Positions 28,946 to 41,900 of a DNA stretch of 64,000 nt are shown in pieces. This stretch comes from Schmidtea polychroa. Its lineage: Eukaryota. Both the position numbers and the translations under genes were made by a program. Where the stretch lies: NCBI GenBank assembly GCA_044892525.1, contig CM097885.1, forward strand, positions 18,974,001 through 19,038,000, in the 5' to 3' direction. The notes beneath the pieces were generated by a model that made no database searches, had not been told where the DNA came from, and worked only from the letters and a program-made list of their open reading frames with translations. Position 1 is the stretch's first letter; each line of letters begins with the position of its first letter.

Positions 28946-29312
28946 TATATCCGACAGAAAAATGTTACACCATTACTTTATAAGTTAAAAATGCTAAAAG
29001 TAATCGGATGCACTTGTAAACAGTTTCTGTGTATCGACTACTTTTTTAGTCCGCAGAGGTGAATTATGATTTTTCATACGCCATGTTTACAAGTTTACAG
29101 ATTTTTCTGTGACCAAACTAATTTACAAGTGATGCGATTTCCAGTATACCGGGGAAAGCATACAATAGAGTTGAATCAGCAATATTGTATACTTACCTGG
29201 CGCGATGAGAAATCTTCGCGTCTCCTGCATAGTACTGATGAGAGCCAAAAGCTCGAAACTAGTCTACTATTGGGATTTGCACTGGGTATCACAAAACTAG
29301 TACTGTTTATTT
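28946..29312 (+). mobile_element. Retrozyme-like ~370-bp non-coding repeat, copy 1
   Basis: Collinear with 53530-53920 (minus strand); contains a hammerhead and the ATACTTACCTGG motif. Confidence 0.8.
29226..29281 (+). ncRNA. Type I hammerhead ribozyme with minimal palindromic stem III
   Basis: ATAGTA-CTGATGA-GAGC(CAAAA)GCTC-GAAA-CTAG-TC^TACTAT: intact core, stem II, stem I; GUC cleavage predicted after 29264. Confidence 0.9.
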
Positions 29313-30403
29313 TAAAAATATATTGATTGTATTAACAATGTAAAATTACATTATGTATTTGTATATATTTCAGTTAAAAAATTATTTATTTTAAAAAGTT
29401 TTTAAAACACATTTAAAACGTATCCTTCCGAATGACGTTTTTGAATTTCTATTGATATTGTTAACTGTATAACATTATTCCAATCTTAACATTATTTCCA
29501 ATACTTGTGTCGATGTTATTATGACTTATCATGACTTAACATTTCAAACCTGCCAATATAGTCTCAATATCTAATTTATTTATATAATTAAAATCAGAAG
29601 CAGCAGTACACAGGTTTCTTCACTCGTATCTACAAACAATGAAAAATCTAAACTTGCTTAAAATACAAAGAATATTTTTAAAATGATGCATAACTATGAA
29701 AACCCTTAAAATCGACGAAACATAAAATTTCGAGACGGACGTAAACAATTCTTATTTCTAAATCATATAGCCAAATTAAAGAGAATATTTTTTTAAGATT
29801 CAAGATTAATTTCCAATCAATAAAAAGTGTATACGACTTGCCCGGTTTGCACTAAAATACAGTACTAGGCATTAAATAGATCATTAAAATTCTTAAGGAC
29901 AACCTCAAATATTTCCAATGCATTTTAAAGGGATTTTATAATAACATTGTCCATGTGTTTAACTATAATCAAATTCCAAACGACAATATTTTGTCCCTTC
30001 CATTTTTAATTTGTATAATTCTCATTTTCTATCGGATATTGCATTAAATATAGCGCCAAAAATATTGCTATAGTTTCACTCATCTAAATAAAAATTAATA
30101 TATATTCTTTTATCTTCTTGCTGAATTTAATTTCAAAAATTGATTTTTGTTATTTTTTTCATTTAATTAAATTCTAAAAAGTTTCACAAATATTAAATTA
30201 TTATAATTTCAGAGGTACTTTACAAGGAGAATTATTTATTTTATTGATTATTTCTAATTGTTTTTAATGTATAAACAAATTAAACAAACAAATTTATGAT
30301 TTTTAGTTTATTAGAGATAACGATTAAACTATTGGAAAATGTAGTAAACAAAATATGAAATTATTATTTTAAATTATATGTCGACATTTTCTTTAATAAT
30401 TTC

Positions 30404-30503
<100 letters not shown>

Positions 30504-30705
30504 TAATTGTTATAACAAATTGAAAAAATTCTTTTAATTTTTATTCTGTCAGTAGACTTCATTTTCCATTTGAAAGTAACATCAAACTTAAGCTAAACAA
30601 TTTCCGCAAACAATATCAAAATTATGTTTATCAACTGAAACTAATATAAACTTATAATTTAAAGTTTATAATCAAACTTTAATAATTATTTTATATTTGT
30701 CATTG

Positions 30706-30808
<103 letters not shown>

Positions 30809-30854
30809 GTATAAATTATTTAAATTATAAATTATTTAAAACAATAAAGTGATA

Positions 30855-31172
30855 ATCGCCATTCGTACATCTTTTTCACTATATATTTCGATAGCATCAC
30901 TATCATCATCCGGTTACCTACATTCACGACGGATGAATATATATACTATATTGATAATATATAAACAAATTATAAAATCTATAAATTTTAAATTATAAAT
31001 AAAAATTTTAAACAATTATTCTTTTTTAAAAATAATTTTTAATAATCAATTATATTTAAACTTAAAATTATTAAAAATATTATTTTTTTTCATCCGTCGC
31101 GAATGTAGGTAACATGATGATGATAGTGATGCTATCGAAATATATAGTGAAAAAGATGTAAGAATGGCGATT
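30855..31172. mobile_element. MITE with ~80-bp inverted arms
   Basis: ATCGCCATTCGTACATCTTTTTCAC...GACGGATGAA (30855-30937) is inverted at ~31089-31171 with an AT-rich spacer. Confidence 0.8.
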
Positions 31173-31199
31173 TTTATTAATAAAATCTTTACCGTGTTT

Positions 31200-31335
31200 A
31201 TTTAAGAATAAAGTGATAATTTAAGCATTTTGCTGCGAATCCTGGAGATTGACTAGGACTATCTTATAGTCTAAAATTTTTTCATTATATACATTATTCG
31301 AAGCAAAAGGCTTAAATTATCACTTTATTGTTTTA

Positions 31336-31337
<2 letters not shown>
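31200..31337. mobile_element. Foldback/MITE family copy abutting (AAT)n
   Basis: Arms AATAAAGTGATAATTTAAGC / GCTTAAATTATCACTTTATT. Confidence 0.75.
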
Positions 31338-31425
<88 letters not shown>

Positions 31426-32883
31426 ATAAATTTATTGACAAAATATTAAATAAATAAAATATTTATTTATAATCATTTTTAAAATATTAATAATTCCAAC
31501 TAGCTCCATTAATTTCTAAGACTGTGTAAAAATATCAAATTTCCCAAAAATTTCTCAATGAAAAATTCAACATAAATGCTTCAAACTTTCCCTTTACTAT
31601 TTTATCTGTCATTTGTCGAACATGAAATCGGATAATTTGCATTTGAATCCCATTCCAAATTTTAAATCGTTTAAGATAACAAAATAAAAAATCTATTGAT
31701 CGATGGAAAATTCTTTCAATTAATATTAAAATATAAGATGAATAAATTTTATTTTCCTTTAAGAGAAAAAGAAATCCATTAACAAATTACATAATCATTC
31801 CCAATTATCATTAAATATCAATTCTCGGTTAATGTTGCATTGCTTTCTATTATTCGACTCTGCAACGGCAATTACCATAATTAATTTTTTTTATTAAAAT
31901 TCAAAACCAATTAATACAAATATTATTGTTTATTGTCAGTTTTTGTGATTTTTAATCACTTGTTTTAATAGTTAAAGTTAAACAATTTTTCCATATTTAA
32001 TATATATATAAATACTAAATTTAAACAAAAAAATATATATTTTTTAATTTGTGTTAAACAAATTAAGTACATATTTTTAGTTTTGTTCTCTCTTAAAAAT
32101 ATAATTCTAGAAGACTAGATTTTCTAGAATCTCAAAATAAAGTGTAAATATTTTAAAGTAAAATTAAGGAAAAATAAGATTTTTAAAAAATGACCATCAA
32201 AACCTCCTAAATGATGAACGACTGTAAATTATTTTAAAATTCTAGTTGAAAAATAATGTTGAATATCTCATTAAAACATCGTAAAAATTAAAAAAAATTA
32301 TAGGTTTTACATATAAGAATTTTACAGATCCATGCAATTAAGAGTTAATTTGTGATTCATTACTTAATTAATTAAAAATTAAGAAAATTAAAATTTTACA
32401 ATTATTTAATTTTAATATACATTAAATTCGAATGTTATACGAAATAATACTTTTTCTATCGAATGAGTCATCATTTCTCCAATTTATCCACACATTCTTC
32501 CTAAAAATGTTCTGATATAATAAATATTTAAAACTTACTTTAAATAAATTTACCAAATAAAAATTAAAAAGTTTAATTATAAAAACAACAACAGCAAGAA
32601 ATTAAGTTTTCTCAATAATTTTAAATTAAAATATTTTTTCCATTTAAATTCGAGTAAGCCTATAGGCTTTTGCTTAGAAATTTTGACAATGTTGTGTGGA
32701 CATAAACATGTATTAAACCTCATCCTTATATAAAAATCATACCATAGAGCAGGTGTGGGCAAGTGCGGTTCTTTGATGAGCTGTGTGGCTCCCATTGAGA
32801 TCTGATTGAATATATTGTGGCTCTTTGTAATACAGGGTAAACCTGTATTTGGCTCTCGAGGACCTCATGCGTACCCACTCCTG

Positions 32884-35376
32884 CCATAGAGTGCCTATTA
32901 TAATACCATGACAAATAAACTACCACTAGTACCTTCTAGTGCCGAATAATATACCATATTTATTTTATGTTTACTGTGTTCATATTTTCTATCAGTTTTT
33001 AATTATTTTGTAGGTGTACTAGGTGTGTGACTTTTTTTTTCTAAATTTTGTACCGTTAAGGTTCTTCAAAAAAACATTAAGTGTTTTATAATCAGGATGA
33101 TTATTGTTTGATGTAAATAAAGTTTATTAATTTAATAAATAAATAAATTTATTAAACATACATGCTACTAAATTAATTGGTACTTCCGTGTTATCTTACC
33201 CTCAAAAATTAAATTATAAAATACAATTAAAATAACAATATAAAAAATGAGAGAATACATTATTGATGACGTTATTGAACATTATTGAACATGAATTTAT
33301 TAAGGCTATCTCTGATTTATGTGATTATGTGATTATGTGAGTTTATGTGGCGCAAACGTGTTCTAAGCAACAGTGCCGATATGTTCGACACTATTCTCAA
33401 CGACATTGTGGTTTTCTGGCCACATGGATGACCATTTACAATCTCTTTACAAACATTTGCTGAGTTTGTAACTATGATTTAGAAAATAAATATAATAATT
33501 ATATGTGTTCTTTTTTAATTTAATTTTTGAGGGTAAGATAACAGGAAGTACCAATTAATTTATTCTTTTCGTTTAAGAATTTTGTTTCTAAATTTTTTAA
33601 CCCCCAAACAATGCCACCAAAGCAAATATCGATACCTGTTTCATAAAAACGTTAACTAGTTCAACGATTGAAAAGAAGAGAGTCGCTAAATTCTATATAA
33701 AAAGCAAGTGGGTTCCAACAATCTCAAATTGGGTAAAACAAGAAAACAAACTCTTAGCAACCAACAAGGTATAAAAGCGTGTTGCAGGTGGAGGGCGCAA
33801 ACCAATCTTTCCAGATATTGAAAAAAGGTTATTGAGTGGTTCTAGAGCCAACGAACAAAAAGCTGATCGTAACATATAATTCATTTCGCCGTGAATCAAA
33901 GAGAATAGCAGATGCTTTGAAAAATCAACCTAATATTTTTGCTGGAAGTAATAAATGGATACGAGGTGTTTGCAAAAGGAACCGAATAACTTCTAGCAAA
34001 TTTACTCACCAAAGTCAGAAAGACAACTGCAAACCGGAAATACTACAGAGTAAGGTGAACGAGTACATTATTATGATTCATCAAAAAACAGCAGGTCTAA
34101 TCAAATGGAAGAAACTTTGACATTGTTACTTTGACAAGTCGCACAATTGTACATTACATTTTTAAAGGAGAAAAAACCTTTGACTGGTTGAATACCGGGC
34201 ACTCTAAAAATCTATTTACATTAGGTCTGTGTATTTCTGCAGCTGGAAGTGTAATGTGAACTCTTATCATTTTTTAAAGATTTAGAAAAAACCCAAGATG
34301 AATATTTCCAAAAATATTGATGTTGCGGTCAGCATGTTTAATTCTATGACCACTAAACTAATGGTTCGGTGAAAAAATAATTGTTTTTGAAAACGTGAAA
34401 AATCGCTTCTACTAATGGATTTGTATGGATCCTCTCACTTGCGAAAAGAAGTTCAGGATACATTAATGCAAATATGCAATACATACGTTTTGTATATACT
34501 ACAAAAAACGACATCCTTTTTGCAACCACTTGACGTCTATGTGCGTGATGCGACCAGCTTGGAATGATTGGTTGTATAATGCGCCAGAAGTATTCACAGC
34601 AAAAGCATATCATAGAAAAGCCTCATATTAAGACAATAAATTTCGTTGAAAGTTCAGTAAAGAAAATTTGACATGATATCGTGAGACGATCATTCGAATG
34701 GTGTGTCATAGGTCAGTTAGAAAAAGAATTTCCACACGATAAATTAAACAAACCGCTTTTTTGCATGTCTTAAACTTGAACCAAACTGAAATTGGGAGAT
34801 TAACGATCCTGTTAGAAGAGGAAAATGAAGTAGAAAGTAACCAAGAAAGTAATTTTGAGTTTGTTGAAGCTGATGAGGAGTACCATAATTCAAAGGATTC
34901 AAGTGACTCCAGTGATAACGGCTGTGAAAAAACCATTAGTGATTAACAAAGTACCTACGATTTGAATTTTAATAACGCTTTGGCTAATATCAAAAAAGTT
35001 CAATAAAGACGTTGTCACAAATTCAAAATTTTAGGATTTGTTTTTTTATTGTACCTATGTTACAAATAATATTCGCAAAAAGGAAAAAGTTAAGTAAAAA
35101 TCAGCTACCTTCTAAATGGTATTGAAGGGTTTAATAATATACCACTGTACTATATTTTGCCTTTTTCCAAATACTGTACCACCAGGTACAGTATATGGAT
35201 TTATAATTTTGTCTGGGAGACCTTTTGAAACTATAGCTCAATTAGTATATCACAGTATTATAATTAGCAATAATTTTCCAAATAATAGACCGGTATAGTA
35301 TCTGGATTTCACATTTTCTCTGAAAAATGACATTTTCCAATTAGTTTATCATGGTATTATAATAGGCACTCTACGG
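32884..35376 (+). mobile_element. pogo-like (Tc1/mariner superfamily) transposon, full length, degraded transposase ~33611-34946
   Basis: ~28-bp TIR CC(A/G)TAGAGTGCCTATTATAATACCATGA at both ends; TA on the right (TG on the left); GGGRKP plus CENP-B HTH-like (FAGSNKWIRG..KRN) and DDE_1-like (TGHSK..FT..LCISAAG) motifs. Confidence 0.9.
33179..33552 (+). mobile_element. Non-autonomous Merlin (IS1595-like) element nested in the pogo
   Basis: TIRs GGTACTTCC(G)TGTTATCTTACCCTCAAAAATTAAATT; 8-bp AATTAATT on both flanks; internal CEFMWRKR...DMFDTILNDI matches the Merlin transposase C-terminus. Confidence 0.8.
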
Positions 35377-36409
35377 TAAATGAAAAATGGATTCATGACA
35401 ATTGATCCAGTGACAAAATCGACCCGGGCCACAAATGAATCATGATATAATTGAACCATAGCCAATTGACCCATGTCACAATTGACTATACTATAATTAG
35501 ATTATAAATATTATACTTGTTAAATATTATAAATAATGACTGATTAAAAAAATATATCGGTTTAAAAGTAAGATTTTTTTAATATTTAAAAATTATTATT
35601 AAATTGACTTGCACTTTTAAATGAACTAGAACCTATTTAGTAAACAAACCACTGACTCAGTTTAGATGTTTAAACCTTTTTAATAAAATTACAAAAATAA
35701 AATTTAAATAAAATTAATTAATAAAACATTTTGTGGATAAAAATTTCAAAAGATGACATATTTCTTATTTTTGTATTAAAAAATTATTCGTTTTATAAGT
35801 TTTGGTAATACCTAAAAAAAACAAAATTTGTTTAAATATTGAGAGCAAATAAATAGAATTTGATTTCAATTTTATATTTATATCAAAATTTTAAGTGAAA
35901 ATAAAGGTTTCTTAGTCTTGGAATTATTTTAAATAAAAAAATGCTTTTCCTTTCGTATCATATTCTATCAATTTTTGGAAAAGATGCAAAACCAAAACAT
36001 CAGCATCATTTTGACAATTGTTTTTGAGTGTGACTAACGAAATTGTTTAAAGGCTCAATAGAATCATGATTCTATTTTAAAAAGGGAGGTATAAGAGATA
36101 GGAAAAGGATCTTCAAGATGGGTTCTAGATTAAATGAAAGGTGAGAGAGAAAATGTATTACAACTCGAAACTTTTAAGTTCTACGTTATTAGCATTAATG
36201 TACTGTTATTTCTCCTGCGATTCCTGAGCACACAGTAAAACATAAATGATTAAAAACATAAGAAGTACTGCAGATTCATTAATTTCTTTAAATATTTAAC
36301 TTTATCTAGTTCATTAGCATATCATTAAACAACAGTTTTTACTTTTGTTGATGATACCTAAATAACAATTTATAAAGAAATCAATAAAATTACCTGGGGA
36401 AGATCGCTA

Positions 36410-37335
36410 TGACAAACGGGACGATCTATGAGAACTCAGAAAAGAAAACGGAAGTAAAAAGAAAATGAGAAAATGAGAAAGATAAAGTAAATAAAAAGAA
36501 ATAAACAGGAAAATAAAAACCAAGGTCAGTACTAATTAATTAGTATAAAAAGGAAAAGGAATTTTGAAATCGGGGAAAAAGGAAAACAACAATATCCTTA
36601 TCTCGACAGCTTGCCAGTGATAACGTAATTGCTGAGAGAAGGCGGTCAAACAAAAAAAGGGAAAATAACTTGACAGCTGTCAGAGATGAAAATGGGACAG
36701 TCGGGGAAAGCAGGAGAAAGAAAATGGAAAAACACCTAATTATCTAGAGTGCCACTAGAGAAGCAAATTATATAAGGGAAAACTGGTGGAAACGAAATTA
36801 GAATAAAATTAGAGAATGAAATTAGAGAACAAGTTTAGAGACAAAATTAGAGACAAGAAGTGACGCGAATTCGAGAGACAATTTGTGAAACAATTTGAGA
36901 GATAAAAGTGTTGGAGAAAATTAGACAACGTCGGACGAAACGTTGTTGGAGAAATTATTGTGAAAAAGAATTGTAAAGAAAATAATTGCGAGTAAAACGT
37001 ATTGGAGAAGATTTGAATTAAAGAATTTGTTGAAAAATTAAACGAAAAGAAGTTACTTAATTATTTGAATAAACTTGTAAAGAAGGTCAAAGAAAACAAC
37101 CAGCTCAAAGTCCCAGTTGATAAACCAATCAGTAATTTGTGATCTTTTAATCCGGTGTTATACGCAAGTGCTATTCCTCACCGAGTGTTGTAATAAGCAT
37201 TGTATAGTCACCAAGCAGAGTGTTGAATTTATTGTCAGTGTTAAGAGAAATTTTATTTGTGATTATCATTAAAGATTTCTGTTGTCAAGTGTTATTTGTG
37301 AATCGGTCAAAGACACGCTTGGAGTCAAAGTAACA
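36410..37335 (+). mobile_element. Probable solo LTR (5' boundary uncertain)
   Basis: Purine-rich U3-like region, TATATAAG at ~36769, AATTAGAGA repeats, ATTAAA near 37268, ends TAACA; no TSD confirmed. Confidence 0.5.
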
Positions 37336-38102
37336 TTTAAATTTATCACCAACTCAATAACCCAACACTTTCATTTAATTTCTGGAACTTCCTCATTTCT
37401 TCTGGGTATCCATCTTTTGCCTAAATGACTACAGTGACAAAAACACTTACATAAATGATGAAAACCTTAACAACAATATTTCGTTTTAGGTAGTCCAGCA
37501 GTAGCAGATTCACAACTTTCTTTAATCAGTCCTTATCTATAATTAATTTTGCAGAAATCATTCCCGAGCCATTCTGGAGCTTTCATTTCAAAATATCATC
37601 AATTCCTTTCTTCATTTCCTACAGAAAAAATTGAAAATATTTGAAGAAGACATTGAGCTTATAATTATTAATAAACTTCTTTACATTACCTATCAAAGGA
37701 CATTGATAAAGTTCATGTCTTTCAATATCTTGGCGGCTTTCATTTCAAGGATCTGATTACTGATAAAATTATTATGAGATTGATGTTAACTTCCTTAGGT
37801 TTTAAGAAAACTTTGAATATTGCATCAAATTCTTTGATACACCATCATAATTATCTGACGTTACCAGCAATATTGAAGATTCACAGGTTATACTGACTTC
37901 ACAAAACGTTTATAGTCCAGAAAAGTGAAGGATTACAAGCTCAAACTTGACAGTACACTTGATGAGATTTCCGTCTCCATGATACATTGGACAAATATCC
38001 ATATTTTTGATTAGAACCACAATGTCCTGTGATTTCTTAATCTAAATATAAATTAAGAAGACAAACTGGTCACTGAATAATTTATTTTATTCTTATCAAT
38101 TA

Positions 38103-39049
38103 CACAACACAACAAAAAAATAGTTATGTTACTTTTAGAGTGTTCCTATAGTAAATCTAACCCTCTGAATTCAAATATCACATTAGGTTTTGTCTAGCGT
38201 CTCCCGTTGGTTTGCAATTGAAGTTAATATGTTTCACTGAAATTGTTTTTAATATGCATTTTTGCTATTTTTATTTTTTGATAAGATATTAACACAATTA
38301 TGGCATCTTCTCAAAATTGTAAACTATCGGCAGACTCAATTTGTTATATTTGTGGCTACTATATTGAGTCAAAACAGCCAAAACCGGCGTTGGAGTCTGA
38401 GGACTTAGAAACGACATGGCTAGTTTGGAAAACGATGCGTGGCAGTGAATGGATTCCTAGGAAATAACAGAGGTGAAGGCTACAAAGAACTAGTGGAGAC
38501 TTTGGTGACAACATATCACGATGTTGGATGTCAAATGTCAATCAAGCTGTACTTTTTGCACTCCTATCAAGATTTCAGACCAAATTTGAAAGCAGTGTCA
38601 GAAGAGCATTGTGAAAGGTTTCACTAATATATTCAAGTTATGGAGAAGCATTACCAAGGGCGATGGGATGAATCTATGATGGGCGATTACTTTTCGGGTT
38701 TCGTTCGTAGTGACTTAAGTCAGCGTAACAGGAAGTCGATTTCAGTCCTTCATTTTTCACACAATTAAAGGTAACATTCTATTTAGCGAGTGAATACTTA
38801 TCACAGCTGATGTGCTGTTGTTACTTATAACTTCACGTTTTGAAAGTTACTTACGAATGGGTAATTATGCTTCAGTTACTTAATACTATTATACAGTTAA
38901 TCATAATTATTAATGTAATTTTTTGACAATTGCGTACGAACGGTTGACAGTACACATAAAAAGACTTCGAATTCGTATTCAGCACCCTCGATTCCATATG
39001 GAACTGCACATAACTGCACATAACTTTCATAAAATTCTGATGCGCTGTG
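38103..39049 (+). mobile_element. Chapaev3 transposon, internally deleted
   Basis: CAC...GTG termini with TTA on both flanks; MASSQNCKLSADSICYICG N-terminus joined to FLGN...GCQMSIKLYFLHS...NLKAVSEEHCERFH...MEKHYQGRW...MMGDY C-terminus. Confidence 0.8.
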
Positions 39050-41828
39050 TTATGAGAGATAAAAATACCACAACGTAATATATTTACAAATCAAAATGCA
39101 ATTACACTGGTTATTATTATTGTAATAACAGACGTCATTTTACTTAGATCTGCCCACCATGCATTCAAGCACTGGAACAAATATGCACAATGTTTGTAAA
39201 ATCATTACATAAAACCAATTAAATATATAGGAGCTTAAAGTAATTAATTTGACAAATTCATTTTAATAAGAAAAAATAATATATTAATTTTAAATAATAT
39301 TTACATTTAACTAATAAAATATAATTAATAATAGATATTGTAGAAATTCTAAAAGTATAGAATTTAATAAAAAATAAATTTTCTCATATTTGATGAACCG
39401 ATGAGTGAAATCATGCGTATTATTTTATTATTTTATTTATTTAATGATTTATTGACAATAATATCTCATTAATTTTTAATTATTCAATTTGAAAATTGGT
39501 TTCGTATCAATTTTTATACATATATTCAAATATTAACCATACAAAACATATTAAAAAATAATCAACTGTAATATTCATATTAATATTAAAATCTAATTTA
39601 TAGTATATTTCAATCAGTTCCCTCCCAATATATAATTACTTATTGTGCTGGACATGCATATGGGTGGCACCTTCCATCTTTTGCTGTTGAATATAATATA
39701 ACATTTAATAATAATCAAGAAATACATCTAATCAAGACAATTTAATTATATTTTCTTTATAAAAATAATAAAATTACTAATACAATTCTATTTTTTCTTG
39801 CCGACTGATGATATTTATAGATTAAACAGACAATTTGTACATCATACTCATAGACCATTTTTGAGGTTAGTTAAAAACCATCCACACACGGAATTTTGCT
39901 TGTAACAGATTTTATTTGGAAATGGTGTTAATTGTAAGATCATGTTTAATTAATATAAGCGAATTCCACTCTGAAATCATCAAAAAAGCATCAAATATCT
40001 ATCCATCTTTAAAGATTAGTATTTTCGCAATATGTTCCCTTAAAAGATCATCTGTAGCCCTCTTCATATCAAACCTATAAGATTCAACTTTGATTTTAAT
40101 TACTTTTATCTAAATATCACAAATATTTCACTATAAAACATCTAAAATTCAGTAAATTAAATTGGTCGTTAACCCTAAATAATTAATAAAATCGATTGAA
40201 ACTCGTTTAAGTTCAATAAAATCAGTTATAATTAAAAATAATTAAATCTTTGTTCTAAAGTTAAATCACTCTCCTCGAAATTTAAAATAAAATGACTTAA
40301 AGATTACTATACAATTCACATTTAACCTACTAGATTTATTGAAAGATTAAATTTATCCATTCGATAAAATCTCTATATTTCTTCAAATCACCATATTCAA
40401 CCGATTTAATCTCCTTAAAATCACATGATAAATCTGACATTTTGCCATAGTAAAGACAAATTTTCATTAGTTGTTGTCCATGTCCAACACTACTCTTTTA
40501 AGTCAATATTTCCCAACTTTTGGCATCGATATCCTCACAATTATTACCGGTCTATAACATCTTAAATAAATGTAAAATAATGTAATGTATCAAAAATTGT
40601 ATCAATTTAATGCATTCTAAACTGACATTCATCACCAGTTTTACTTCAACATAAATTGGTTGGGTTCGTCTAGAGCAAAAGAAATTTGAATATGCAAAAT
40701 GTCAAATTTGAAAATATATAAAAGGCAAACTTATAAAAATTCAAAATTAATTAAAATTTGAAAAATTAATGTATTCCAAGGGAAATGTACGGATAGCAAG
40801 TGTTGAGACGATAACATCAAATAAAAATTAAATTAAAAATATTGTATCAAACCTTTTGACTTTTAATAAAATGTTTAAACATCAATATCCAACCGACTAT
40901 ATGCACTTAAAAGATCATATATTCCCATCTTAACCTATCCCTCACCAAATGACCATAATTATGCCTATTTTAAACATCAATACAGTTTATTAAATCCTCT
41001 AAAAACCCATAGGGAATGTAAAATTTCTTCAAAGATATGAATTTTCTTTAACTGTTACCGACATCCTATAAATATTTATGAAATAATTTGGCAGATAAAT
41101 CCATATAATAAGAGCAATTCAAAAAATCAAAATTCTGATACCTCGCTAGAGATTATATTTTCTCATTGTTTGATTATAATTATTCATTTTTTTCTTCTAA
41201 TGATCTTCAAGCAATTAGTCTGATATACCTTTCAAACTAAAGCAAAGATTTCAGTGTATCCTACAATAATTTTCAAGTAAATTTCAAATTAATCTAACCA
41301 TCATCATGTTCTTGATAAAGTTAACTGGTTTCTTCGATTAAGATTTTTAATATTTTTAAGATTTGTAAACTGACTGAGGTTCATGGAAATATTATATTTA
41401 TTATAAATAATTTTTCAATCAACATAAAATTCATAGAAAATGATAGAAATTCCCTTGAATATTTCTAAAACCAGGTAGCATAAACTCTAAAAAATTATCA
41501 ATGAATTTTATTCACTAGACGTCTAAATTTACTTAAATAATCACTCAAATAAAAGCATTAAAAATGAAGAAAACTCCAAAATTGGTAGAATTATTCATTA
41601 ATGAATTTTATTACTATGTAAGCTATAATTGCTAAATGAAAAGGAAAATACACTGATAAGTATTATTGTTAAGATAAAGGTGGATAAAAGTGGAGATATA
41701 TTAAGTATTAATTGAATTTATTTAAAATTATTTTAGTAGGGAAATTAAGGAATTTCGTTAAGTCCTTTAATATTGTAAGAATTTTATTTTTTCACTATTT
41801 TAAACCATTTGTATCTTTTTATCCCTAA

Positions 41829-41897
<69 letters not shown>
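41829..41897. repeat. (AC)n(AT)n microsatellite
   Basis: Direct. Confidence 0.95.

Positions 41898-41900
<3 letters not shown>

Noticed and set aside
29066..29326. Similar short ORFs (LNQQYCILTWR...) here and at 53432-53674
   Set aside because: Similarity comes from the shared non-coding repeat; upstream indels differ between copies.
29189..29350. Complete U1 snRNA gene
   Set aside because: Only the 5' ~12-14 nt match; no recognisable U1-70K loop, U1A loop or Sm site.
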